A DNA stretch of 35,611 nucleotides from Reclinomonas americana ATCC 50394 (Eukaryota), in NCBI GenBank assembly GCA_048213135.1, contig PS015022.1, positions 190,638 through 226,248 on the forward strand, in the 5' to 3' direction. The notes beneath the pieces are model-generated. The model saw nothing but the letters and a program-made list of their open reading frames with translations, did not search any database and had not been told where the DNA came from. A program made the translations under genes and the position numbers. The stretch's first letter is position 1. The number at the start of each line of letters is the position of its first letter. Shown one piece after another: positions 24,252 to 35,421 of the stretch.

Positions 24252-27200
24252 ATGGCGAGTGGGAGCGGAGTGCCGCGTGAGTTATGTGTCTCTCATTGCG
24301 TTGTAGTCAGATGCGTCATCATCATCATCATTCACACATTCGTTTCCTGTCATTCTCCTCTCTCTCCACTCTCGTGCAGTCATCATCACGATGCTGGAGA
24401 TGAACAATGCATGATGCGTCTTGTCAAAGCACTGTCTCGTCCCTGCACCCGCGCTCTGCAATCCAAGCTTGAGCAAGTGCTGCCGGCGTTTCTCGATTCG
24501 TATCCCGATGTGAATCACGTCGCCGAGTGGTGCAAGGCGCCGAGTGAGCGTGATGTGCGGTGAGTGTGTTGGAAAGATGTGGAAGCACACGATGGAAGAT
24601 GCAGATTGGAGATGTGAATGAGTGAGAAGAGAAAAATTGCCGCAAACGGTGATGCACTTGTCATCCCTTTCTCCCCATTCCCGCACTCTTCATCTCCCTC
24701 CACACGGACTCCTCATTCTATCCCGATGTATGCCCCCCCTTTCTTGTCACACACATGCTGTCGCTCACCAACATCCTCTCTTTCTTTGTGCCTTTCCCCG
24801 CATGCAGAACCATTCCAGACGGAGTGGACATGTGTGTCCAGTTGAACGAAGAGGAGTGCCAGCTGGTGCGCGAGTGGCATCAGCGAGGCCAGCTGCATGA
24901 CTGCAGTTCATTCGATGCGATGCTGTGTTGCTCGATCTTGCTGCTGGCGGGTCATCGAGAGCACCCGAGAGACGAGCCGGATCGTCTGATTCCAGCTGGC
25001 GATGTGGTGAGTGTGTTGGAATGAGTGGAGATGGGAAGAGGAGAGAGAGGAGTGTGGTCTCCTTCTCTGTGATTGTGTCTCTCACTCATTGTGTGCAGCG
25101 CAATGCGGTTAAGCGAATGAGGGAGGTGTTCGAGCAAGCAAGTCCCGCACGAGCTCGTGCACTCTTTGTGCCTCTGCTCGGAGATGGAGGAGGAGAAGGC
25201 GAGTTGCATCAGCTTGTGCGGCAGCTGCAGATTGGCAAGGAAGTGGAGGAGGAATTGGTGGTGCAGCTGAACGAGGCTCGCGATGGTGAGTGAAGAGAGA
25301 GATGGATGGTAATTGTGTGCGGATGATTTGATTGAATGTGGAAGCTGATTCTGTCTTGGTTGTGTGTGAATGCAGGTGCACTGAGCCAGGCGGATCCATC
25401 ATCACAATCGGTGAACTTGGAGCAAGTTGAGTGAGAATGCATGAGGAGGGCAGTCGCTTGCAGATGTCTCATTGTTTCTCACTTGCATGTTGATTGATTA
25501 GATGCGGATGGAAATGCACGAACGAGACGACGCGATGAGCGTCTCTCCTCCTTCTCCCTCAGCCGCAGGTATGTTCCATGATGGATCCGCACGGTAGTGC
25601 GTTGCTATGCTCGCTCTCACTCACTCACTCTCTCTCTCTCTCTCTCTCTCTGCTCACTCTCCTTGTGCCACACAACACCAGAGAGCAGTCGCCCACCCTT
25701 GACACCACTCATCGCCCGCACCGTCAATCCAGTGACCACATTCCGCTTCCCGAGTCGGCGTGCACTGGCAGCTTCACTCGCCACGCGCATTGTGGGTGCT
25801 GTGGAAGGTTGGGTGTTCCTTCTCCTTCTCCCTTCCTTTCTTCACCACATTCGTGTGTCTCATCATGTTGTCTTGTGGTGGATGATTCCTGCGCAGCACA
25901 TCATCCTATCGTGGTGGTGCTTACGGGAGATGGTGGCACTGGCAAGTCGTTCCTGGCAGAGCTGCTGGTGACCGAGTTGCAGGCCACGCGGAGATGGAAG
26001 GGATCGGCCGTGTCTGTGGAGATGCGTGGTCATGTGGGTGATGCGCGGGAGCATGTGAAGGTATGCTGAGGAGCAAGCATGTTGTCTTTTCCTGTTCTGT
26101 CTTCTCCTTATGCTGACATTCTGACTCAGTCTCTCTCGTCGTCATGCCGCAGGCAGAGAATACACTGGGCGAGTGTCTGCGTGCCTTTGTTTCGGCACAG
26201 ATGCGAGTGGATGAAATGGACGGACGAAGGATGGCCGGTCAGGTTGATGCTTTGCTGGCGAGTGGCGAAGTGGAGCCAGCACGTCGTCTCCTGCGACAGT
26301 TGATGCATGCATCGAGTGGAGTGATGGTGCTGGACAACGCGGGATCGATGGAGCAAGTGAGGAGTGTTGTTCAGTGTTCTGATGAAGGTGCGTGTAATCA
26401 TGAGAGAGAATTCGTTCTTGGTCAGATGTTTGATCCTGACTTAATGTGCATCATGCCGGTGCAGGTGGAATGGTGGCACCGATTGTGGTGGTGACGACTC
26501 GGTATGGACATGTGGCAGATGAGATCCGTGACTCGATGATGCACGAGGCAGAGGTGGAGTGTGTGCGAGTGGAGAGTGTGGAGAACGAGGATATTGTGCA
26601 GCTGGTGGAGGAGCGACTGCTCCACAAGGTGTCAGTGGATGTGCGACGACGGATTGTGGAGGCGCTGGAGAGCGGACAGCAGGAGAAGAGTGCACTGCGA
26701 GTGAGTGCTTGTGTTGGGTGGGTGGTGTGAGTGAGAGTAAGAGGTGCGGATGAGAGGACTCACTCATCTCTCTCAATTCTTCATGCAGCTGGCTGCTGTC
26801 ACAATCAGCAGCAGAGCTGGTAGGCGCGCGGCTGGAGGAGGTGCTTATCGGTGTTGGTGACGATGCGCTGTCGCAGCTTCTGGAACGCAATGTGATGTCG
26901 CAGACAGCAGCTGCACGTCGCCTGTTGGTGCTGATTGCGGCGTGCAAGGAACTCGGCTTGCCAGTGACTGTTGCACTTGCGCGAGTGGCACTGGGCGTGC
27001 TGCGTGTGATTCCCGATGTGGCGGTGGCTGTGGGTGGTGCGGATGAAGATGAGGAGGCAGCAAGTCGACTGGTGGAGTTGGGTCAGTGTGTGCGGCGACT
27101 GCGATTGCATGAGTTAGCACGGGAGAGGCGACGGCGTGCGCCTGAGGTGGTGGGCGAGCGACTGCAGTTTGACGAGATGAGTGAGGAGGAAGAGCGAAGA

Positions 27201-28658
27201 GTGCGTTCACGTCGTGATGAGCTGGCGGGTGGTGGTGTTGGTGACGACAGAGTGGAGGATATGTTGGAGGGTCTGTGTTTGTCGAATCTGGTGACCGTGG
27301 TTGTCAGTGGCAGCGTGGACAGTGTGGCTCGTGTGCTGTGTGGCGAGCAGGTGAGGGAGAGCAACGTGGCGATGGAGTATCGAGTGCACGACGAGATTGC
27401 TGGGTGGATTGTAGAACGATGTGGGGATGCAGTGGCACGGGTGCAGCGACTGATTGTGCGACTGGTGTGTTGTGTGCTGACTGGCATTGATTGGTGTGAC
27501 AGTGATGGTGTGCTGTTGGTGTCACGAGACTTGCTTGGTGTGCTGCACACAGTGTGGCGACGATTGGGTGAGGACAATGAAATGTGGGCGGCTGATGCTG
27601 TGGGTGTGAACGGTTTGTTGGTGCAATGTGGGGCGGTGGAGCTGATTGCTGAGCAGTGTGGTAGGCGACGACTACCACCGCGTGGATTTGGCACAGATAT
27701 GGCCTCGTTGCTTCTGCGACGCATGACAGAGTGTGGACACCACGGAGGTAGCGATGGTAAAGCAAGTCCTGTGCCACAACGACGATTCGCCGTTGTTGTG
27801 GCCAAGTGTCGTGCTCGGTTGTCTGGAATGGTTCATCATTCGGATGGACGCAACGCAGCGTGGCAACTAGCGTGGCATCTGTGCGAGGAGTGGGAGAGGG
27901 ATTTCAGTGGAGAGATGACTGTGCTGGATAGGCTTGACATGCTTCGTTGCTTGATGTTTCTTGCGTACTTTTCCGAAGACTTGCCTCTGCTACAGCAGTG
28001 CCATGAACGGCAGTGTGCGACACTGAGTGGGAGTCATCCGGATTCGTTTAGTGCTCTCTTTTATCGGACCAAATACTACATTAATCAACAGCAGTTTGCT
28101 GATGCTGAGGCAGACTGTCGTCGGTGCTGGAAAATGCGACGACTGCTTCTTGGAGCAGTGCATCCAGACACATTGGTGTCCATGAGCGAAACTGCATTCT
28201 GCGTCCAAGATGGCAGTCGTTTGCAGGAAAGGAGTCAGATTGAGAGAGAATGTTTGCTGTTGAAGCGAGAAGTGCTGGGGCATCGGCATCCGGAGACTCT
28301 CAGCTCGATGAACAATCTAGCTGCTTCTCTATATCAGCAGGATTCTTCAACTTCGCTGGCGGAGGCAGCTGACTTGTACCGTGAGTGCTTGGAGGGTCGA
28401 CGAGAGGTGTTGGGTAACAGACATCTTGATACATTGCAAACGATGTGCAACTTCGGCATCGTGCTCATGAAGCAGCAACGATGGGCCGGGGCAGAGGCAC
28501 TGTTGGTGGAGTGTGTGGATGGTCAGCGAGCGGTCCTGGGCGAAGAGTATCCGGATACGGCAGATACTATCAAGGCGCTGGCTGAGTGTCGACGTCGTCA
28601 TGACCAAGACCAGCAGCGAAGGCAGCGACTTCGCGATCGCGTCTGCTCTGTAATGTGA
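24252..28658 (+). CDS. NLR-like STAND P-loop NTPase with C-terminal TPR repeats (copy 2)
   Basis: Same exon-intron structure as copy 1. Motifs GDGGTGKS, VMVLDNA, VVVTTR; TPRs LGAVHPDTLVSM and LGHRHPETLSSMNNLA. Confidence 0.8.
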
Positions 28659-28937
28659 TAGTGTAAAAGGCCGCATCTCTTTCGAATTCAATTTCTCTCC
28701 ACGCCGCAGCGTGCACGTCGTGGTTGCGCCTCAGCAGGTCTATGCGCATACTCGACGATAACAAGGACAACCACTTGCACTGAGCATCACGTGACCACTA
28801 CCGACGACGCCTTCACTGCTTTATTGTCTTCTTTTCCCGAATTCGATGTGCCGTGTACGATCGCAGAAAATNNNNNNNNNNNNNNNNNNNNTCAGGTGGG
28901 AGGAGAGAGAGAGAGAGAGGGAAGGAGGGATAGAGAG

Positions 28938-29035
28938 TGTGTGTGTGCATTGATGATGAGTGATTGTGCATTGCGCATGTGATGTCTTTGCCTCTTGAGT
29001 GAGTGCGTTGTGTCTCTTCTTCTTCTTCTCTCTCA

Positions 29036-29068
<33 letters not shown>

Positions 29069-29160
29069 CATTGATGATGAGTGATTGTGCATTGTGCGCA
29101 CGTGATGTCTCTTTGACTCTTGTTGAGTGAGTGCGTTGTTGTCTCTCTCTCTCTCTCTTT
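28938..29160. repeat. ~120-nt degenerate tandem repeat, 2 copies, in the lipase intron
   Basis: gtgtgtgcattgatgatgagtgattgtgcattg...ttgagtgagtgcgttg occurs twice. Confidence 0.8.
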
Positions 29161-29231
29161 GTGCGCGTGCGTGCGTGTGTGCATTGCTCATGCTGTCTCT
29201 TGTGTTACGAAGTTGTGAGCTTGGGCTGTTG

Positions 29232-29326
<95 letters not shown>
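29232..29326. repeat. Compound (TC)n(TG)n microsatellite
   Basis: Seen directly. Confidence 0.95.
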
Positions 29327-29328
<2 letters not shown>

Positions 29329-29340
29329 CGTTCCACGCAC

Positions 29341-29827
29341 TGCTTCCACATCTGCGGACTGGCAATAGGCTGCACCGGAGAGATACACACATGTCTTGGC
29401 AAGCGACTCGGGGTAAGCTCCAACAGGCCCTGCAAACACGCACACACAAACACACACAAGAGAGTGAGTTGAGAGTGTGTGAGAAAGAGAAGAGAGGAGT
29501 TGTGTGACATCGGTGATGCAATACGCGGGTGAAAAGCGACTGAGCAGAGAGTGTGTGTGTGGGTGTGAGAGAGAGAGAGAGGAGGGAGAGGCTCTGTGTG
29601 TGTGTATGTGCGCGTGCGTTGAGAGAGAAGAGATGCGATTCGCGCACACGCACGCAACGATGAACACGAGCACCGCGCAAGAGCGCTCCTCCTTCTCCTC
29701 CTTCGTGCTCGCGTGCTCTTTGTGAGGCGACTTGAGTGTCGATGAGCGCGTCAGTTGCGTGGCATGAGAGGAGCAGTGTGGCCAGTGACATGATGGCGAT
29801 GAGGAGACACACAGAGGTGCGCGTCAT
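29341..29827 (-). CDS. 5' exons (signal peptide and N-terminus) of the class 3 lipase, in inverted orientation
   Basis: Exons 29827-29659, 29539-29525 and 29429-29341 give MTRTSVCLLIAIMSLATLLLSCHA...AYPESLAKTCVYLSGAAYCQSADVEA. The AAYC motif is typical of the Lipase_3 N-terminus. Confidence 0.75.
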
Positions 29828-30142
29828 GGTGTTGAGAGAAGGGGAAAGAGAGAGAGAGGGAAGGCGAGTCGAGGAAACGAAAGAGAAGATGTGAGAGAGG
29901 AAGAGAAAGAGATCGTGACTCGCGTGAGCGCGCGGAGTGAAGAAACGACTTCTGAAATCGCCGCATCTTAGAATCTTAGACAGACGATATTGGCCTTCAA
30001 CAAAACCTCGTTTACAAACAAGCAAGCAACAGCAGCTGTCTTGGCGAGCACCAGAGACGGGGACATCTCAGATGGAGTTGAAATGTGAAGCTGGCGTTTC
30101 CGCAAGAGAAACGGTGTCGAGAGAAAGAGAAGATACTGTAAC

Positions 30143-30261
30143 AACAACAAACTTCATTCACCAACAAATAAGCAACTGCTGTCTTGATGACCAAGTTCAA
30201 CCAAACAACAATTCATTCACCAACAAACAAGCAACAGCTGTCTTGATGACCAAGTTCAACC
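30143..30261. repeat. ~59-nt tandem repeat, 2 copies, next to a gap
   Basis: ttcattcaccaacaaaYaagcaacWgctgtcttgatgaccaagttcaacc occurs twice. Confidence 0.85.
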
Positions 30262-30296
30262 GTATCCAAAACNNNNNNNNNNNNNNNNNNNNCGAC

Positions 30297-30392
<96 letters not shown>
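30297..30392. repeat. Compound (CA)n(GA)n microsatellite
   Basis: Seen directly; it is the reverse-complement type of the tract at 29232-29326. Confidence 0.95.
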
Positions 30393-30395
<3 letters not shown>

Positions 30396-30429
30396 GCAGG
30401 AGGGAGAAAGAGAGTTCACTTACTCCGTC

Positions 30430-30745
30430 TCTCTCGCGGTCTCCCTCTTCTTCCCTCCTTCCCTCCCTACTTCCTCCCTCTCCCTTCGTCTCCATTCCTC
30501 CCTCCTTCCTCTCCCGTTCTCCTTTCTCCCCCTTCCTCCCTCCTTCCCTCTCTCCTTCCTCCCTTCTTTCCTCCCTTCCTTCCTCCCTTCCTTCCTCCCT
30601 TCCTTCCTCCCTTCCTTCCTCCCTTCCTTCCTCCCTTCCCTCCTCCCTTCCATACCCCCTCCTTCCCTCCCTCCTCTCCCTCCCTCCTTCCCTCCCTCCT
30701 TCCCTCCCTCTTTCCTCCCTATCACCCACCCTTCCCCTCCTTTGC
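30430..30745. repeat. Polypyrimidine tract with 12-nt (CCCTTCCTTCCT)n repeat, intronic
   Basis: Seen directly. Confidence 0.9.
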
Positions 30746-30747
30746 AG

Positions 30748-32724
30748 TGGAACCCCAAGACCTGCATCGCCTGCTCTCAAGTGCCCGGCATCAGTCAAGT
30801 GCAGACCTTTAGCTACAGCTCATTGACGGTATTCCTTCTCCTCCCTTGCTTCACTTCTTCTCCTCCTCCACTCACTCTCGTACTCTCCCTCTTAGGTTTC
30901 CTCATTCGGCTACGTGGCCTACTCGAGTACCCTCTCCGCCATTATCGTCTCGTATCGCGGCAGCACCGACTTGCCGAACTGGCTCGACAATCTGGACGCG
31001 CTCAAGACGCAGTTTTTCAACTCGACCTCGGTGGAGGTGCACGCCGGCTTTTACGATGCGTACATGGCGGTGCGCGTGGATATTTTGAAGAAGTACGCGG
31101 CGGCGCGGTCGGCACACCCGACTGCGCGGACGATTATCACGGGGCATTCGCTGGGTGCGTTTTGGAGGGGATGGGAGGCGGGCAAGCAGTGAGCTCATGA
31201 TGTCGTTTTGCGTGTAGGTGCCGCCATGGCCACCATCTGTGCGGCCGACTTCATGATGCAGGTGAGTTCTCTCTCTCTTCCCTGTCCCCCTAATGCCTCG
31301 TACTCACGATGGCTTTCTACTAGTGGCCGCTGCTGGATGCGACGCTCATCACGTTCGGCTCTCCGCGCGTTGGCAATGCCGCGTTCTACGCCACGTTCAT
31401 GAAGATTTTCCCGCCGAACGCGGCGTGGCGAGTGACGCACAACAAGGACATTGTGCCGACGGTGCCGGCAGGTGTGTGTTCACCTCAAAAAGGTCTTCCG
31501 AGATATCGTGCTCACTGGGGTTTATTTGCGCAGCATTTATGGGTTTCCACCACCTTCCACGAGAGGTGGGCCCTCATCTTTCTGTACTTTATCCATTCAC
31601 TTTCTCACTCGCGTTGTGCAGATTTGGTACACCGAAGACAGCTCCTCGTACAAGGGTGAGTGTGCGGGAGAAGAGATTTTCCGGCACACGTTTTCGCTCA
31701 CTTTGATTCACTCGCAGTCTGCGACGGCACTGGCGAGGATGCGGTACGCGTGTGTGTTTTGTGTGGGTGTGCCGTCCGTGTTGTTGTGCTTACCTCGATG
31801 TTGTCTCCGCAGAGCTGTGAACCGTTTGGCACCAGCGTTTCCGGTTCGTTGACACTCGGAGTGTCTCTCCGTTTCTCCCTGTACTCTCGTTTATCTTCGT
31901 GTTCTGCTGGCTATCTCTCTTTTTCTCTCCCTCAATCTGTTTCGTTTCTGGTTGGCCTCCGCTTGTCTCTACTCGCTCTGCCCTTCCCCCTCCGTTCTCG
32001 CACTCTGTCTTTCCTTTCCTCTTTCTCCTCTCCTATCTCGATTTTCACTCTGCTCTAACTTGTTCTTCTTCTGCTTCGTTCTCCCCCTGCTTACTGTGCC
32101 CCGCCGCTCGCTCTGTTTCTTCCCGCCTTTCCCTCGTGTCATCCGTCCACTCGCTCTTCTCTCGTCCATTCCTCTCTGTGTTTTCTCTCCTTTCTGCTCG
32201 GTTTACTTGCTCTCTCTCCATTGGTCTGTTTCGCCTCCCCCCCTGTGTTTCTCTCTATCGCCGTCACATTGGTCTCGTCTCCGTCTTTGTTCTTCTTTCT
32301 CCTTTCCTCTCTTCGTAACTCAATTGCGTGCTCTTCTCTCCTTCCGGTCACTCTGTCTTCCTGACTCCAATCGCTCTGCCCCCTCCTCATGCGGCGTCCT
32401 CCCCTCCTTTCCCTTCCCCTCCCCTGCCCTCCCCTGCCCTCTCCCCTCCCCTCTCCGTTCCCTTCCCTCACCCCTCCCCTCCCCTTTCCTCCCCCCTCGT
32501 GCGGCGTCCTCTCCTCCTTTTCCTTCCCCTCCCCTGCCCTCCCCTGCCCTCCCTGCCCTCTCCCCCTCCCCTGCCCTCTCCCTTCCCCTCTCCCTCCCCT
32601 CCCTTCCCCTCTGCCCCTCTCTCCCTTCCCCCTTTCTCCCCTCCCGTCCCCTCATCCTCTCCCTTTCCTCCCCGCAGACCACCTCCACTACCTCGGCATC
32701 CGCATCGACTGCGCCCTCGCATAA
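30748..32724 (+). CDS. Class 3 (fungal-type) triacylglycerol lipase, catalytic portion
   Basis: WNPKTCIAC, IIVSYRGS, VHAGF, ITGHSLGAAMA, TFGSPRVGN, RVTHNKDIVP, CDGTGEDASC, DHLHYLG*. The Ser-Asp-His triad is intact across 8 introns. Confidence 0.92.
31844..32677 (+). other. Long (~830 nt) pyrimidine-rich last intron of the lipase
   Basis: G|GTTCGT donor to CCGCAG acceptor; removing it joins TSVS to DHLHYLG. Confidence 0.8.
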
Positions 32725-33021
32725 GAGAAATCGCCCTCCACCCACTAATCCAAATTTTGATGGCCGTCGTGCCCTCTTCTGTCTCGCGTCATTTTTTTGT
32801 TTTGCATACTCCTCCTCCTGTCTACCATTTCTGTCTCTGTTGAGCGAGTCGATGGGATGCGCCGTGCCGCAAACTTCCCCCCCGCCTCTGTCAACGAACA
32901 ATAACAACACATGTTTTATTTTTTGAGAAAAGAAGGAACGAAGGACACTGTTTTACAGGTACAGATTTAAAACTCTTGCCAAGCAAACATACGCAAGAGC
33001 CCCATCAAAACAAAAAACAAA

Positions 33022-33825
33022 TCACTTGCGCAGGCGCGCCAGCAACGCCTCATACTCGCGGCGCTCCTGCCGCAACATATCCTGCACACTATCCAACAAC
33101 GAATGCTCCTCGCGCACCCGCCGATCAAACTCATCCTCGCGCCTCGCCGCCACCGGATTCCGCGGTGTCGCCTCCGCCACTCCCACCGCCCCCACATGCT
33201 CATACGGCACCGCCACACTCCTCTCCGTCCTTAACACGCGCGTCTCATGCAACGACGGCATCGACACAGACAACGACGAAGGCCGTTTTCTCTCCGCAGA
33301 CACTGCTCTCCGTCGAATCACCGTCGCCGTGCTCGGCATCATCGTTCCCACAGTCGGCATGGCGCGTTTCACCGACGAGGACAATGATCGACTGTGCCTG
33401 TGATGCTGATGCTGATGACGTTTCTGCTGCTGCGCCGGCTTCTCCAGCACAAACGACGCCGGTTGAGTCAGCTGGCGATAGTCCTCTGTGTCGCGCACCG
33501 GCACTGCGTCGAGATCATCCACGCGCATCATTGAGCCTGCAGGCGAGAGATACATGGAGCTAATGGATAGGTTGTTGGTGACTGTGGTGCCGGAGGAGGG
33601 CGCGGCAATGACCCATGCAGTGGGCTTTTGCCTTGGTGGTGGAGCGGGAGGCGAGGTGGGCGATGAGGGTACAAAGTCGAGTGAGTCGGCCAGGGTGGGA
33701 GCGGGAGGCGGTACTCGCGCGGCCACTGGCACTGCGGTGGCCGGGCCGCCGGCGTAGGACGCGTGGATGCGGTAGGCTTGGGAGAGCACGTAGGGTTCGG
33801 GCGAGGAGGCAGTGGCCATGCTCAT
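33022..33825 (-). CDS. Hypothetical intronless Pro/Ser-rich protein with a C-terminal coiled coil
   Basis: 267-aa ORF flanked by A-rich UTR-like sequence; ends REDEFDRRVREEHSLLDSVQDMLRQERREYEALLARLRK. Confidence 0.6.
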   Translation of the reverse strand: MSMATASSPEPYVLSQAYRIHASYAGGPATAVPVAARVPPPAPTLADSLDFVPSSPTSPPAPPPRQKPTAWVIAAPSSGTTVTNNLSISSMYLSPAGSMMRVDDLDAVPVRDTEDYRQLTQPASFVLEKPAQQQKRHQHQHHRHSRSLSSSVKRAMPTVGTMMPSTATVIRRRAVSAERKRPSSLSVSMPSLHETRVLRTERSVAVPYEHVGAVGVAEATPRNPVAARREDEFDRRVREEHSLLDSVQDMLRQERREYEALLARLRK

Positions 33826-33936
33826 TGCTCTTCTTGTTGGTGTTGTTGCAAAAGCGATCTATATGGGAGAGGAACTGCGTGTTGGGGTGTGAATGCGACG
33901 TGAGTGGGGAGCGCGGAGAAACAATGGAGAATCGTG

Positions 33937-33979
<43 letters not shown>

Positions 33980-34124
33980 ACTCACTTGCCAGAGAGCGCG
34001 GCAGCTCGCTTTGCTCTACTCCCTCCCTCCGATTTTTGATTGGTCTCGCGCGGCTCTCAGCTGTCCTGTTGTCCTCCGACCAGACCGTTACGTCCGTTAC
34101 GTACGTATCGCGCGCTCCGGAGAC

Positions 34125-34322
34125 ATGGCAGTGACCCGTGAGGATATCGCCGAGCTATTTGGTGAGCTGCGTGCCGAGATGCGCCAGGCTGTCCGTGACG
34201 AGGTGCGCCAGGCTGTCCGTGACGAGGTGCGCCAGGCTCTCGATGGCAAGTTCCAGGCTCTCGATGGCAAGTTCCAGGCTCTCGATGGCAAGTTCCAGGC
34301 TCTCCATGACGAGGTGCGCCAT
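34125..34322 (+). CDS. N-terminus of a coiled-coil repeat protein, running into the gap
   Basis: MAVTREDIAELFGELRAEM followed by RQAVRDEV x2 and QALDGKF x3, all in frame. Confidence 0.55.
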
Positions 34323-34993
34323 NNNNNNNNNNNNNNNNNNNNNNNNNNNNNNNNNNNNNNNNNNNNNNNNNNNNNNNNNNNNNNNNNNNNNNNNNNNNNN
34401 NNNNNNNNNNNNNNNNNNNNNNNNNNNNNNNNNNNNNNNNNNNNNNNNNNNNNNNNNNNNNNNNNNNNNNNNNNNNNNNNNNNNNNNNNNNNNNNNNNNN
34501 NNNNNNNNNNNNNNNNNNNNNNNNNNNNNNNNNNNNNNNNNNNNNNNNNNNNNNNNNNNNNNNNNNNNNNNNNNNNNNNNNNNNNNNNNNNNNNNNNNNN
34601 NNNNNNNNNNNNNNNNNNNNNNNNNNNNNNNNNNNNNNNNNNNNNNNNNNNNNNNNNNNNNNNNNNNNNNNNNNNNNNNNNNNNNNNNNNNNNNNNNNNN
34701 NNNNNNNNNNNNNNNNNNNNNNNNNNNNNNNNNNNNNNNNNNNNNNNNNNNNNNNNNNNNNNNNNNNNNNNNNNNNNNNNNNNNNNNNNNNNNNNNNNNN
34801 NNNNNNNNNNNNNNNNNNNNNNNNNNNNNNNNNNNNNNNNNNNNNNNNNNNNNNNNNNNNNNNNNNNNNNNNNNNNNNNNNNNNNNNNNNNNNNNNNNNN
34901 NNNNNNNNNNNNNNNNNNNNNNNNNNNNNNNNNNNNNNNNNNNNNNNNNNNNNNNNNNNNNNNNNNNNNNNNNNNNNNNNNNNNNNNNNNNNN

Positions 34994-35421
34994 CAGGCCC
35001 TGCCTCTCCTCGGCCTCGAGGCCACCGGCGACATCCTGGTCAACTTTGACAGCTCCTCTGGCGCCTTTACTGCACACCAGCCTCTCGGCGACAATCCCAA
35101 CAACATCTTCTGTCAGACCATTCAGTACACGGATGCGTCGCACTCGTCGCTGTGGATGGGCCCGTGTTTCGACAACCGACTGTTGACCACAAACCTTTTG
35201 CGCGTGAGTGTTGCTTCGATGGATCGCGTGGATTCCTCCGTGCAGCTGCATCTTCCGGTGTATAACACGACGGTGGCGACGGAGGCTGTCACGCTGATGG
35301 CGGATGAAGGCAGCGGAGAGTTGTTTGCGGTGGTGGTGTTTAGCACGAATTTTGCGAAGCAGCTGGCGGTGGTGCGACTGATGAAAGTGGATACGCGAAG
35401 CGGGGCGATGCAGGCGGTTGG
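34994..35421 (+). CDS. Internal exon of an unknown beta-rich protein
   Basis: Open frame ALPLLGLEATGDILVNFD...LMKVDTRSGAMQAV, ending at a G|GTGAGT donor. Confidence 0.55.

Larger units (their letters stand above)
19117..28658 (+). repeat. Direct tandem segmental duplication, ~4.8 kb unit including upstream sequence
   Basis: Similarity starts at about 19117 and 23945 (gcacaagtctct..cctcggcgacacgc) and continues through introns and exons. Confidence 0.9.

Noticed and set aside
30143-30261. CRISPR-like array
   Set aside because: Only two adjacent copies, no unique spacers, eukaryotic context.
33615-35251. ORFs spanning the N-gap
   Set aside because: They are artefacts of translating Ns; the two flanks cannot be linked.
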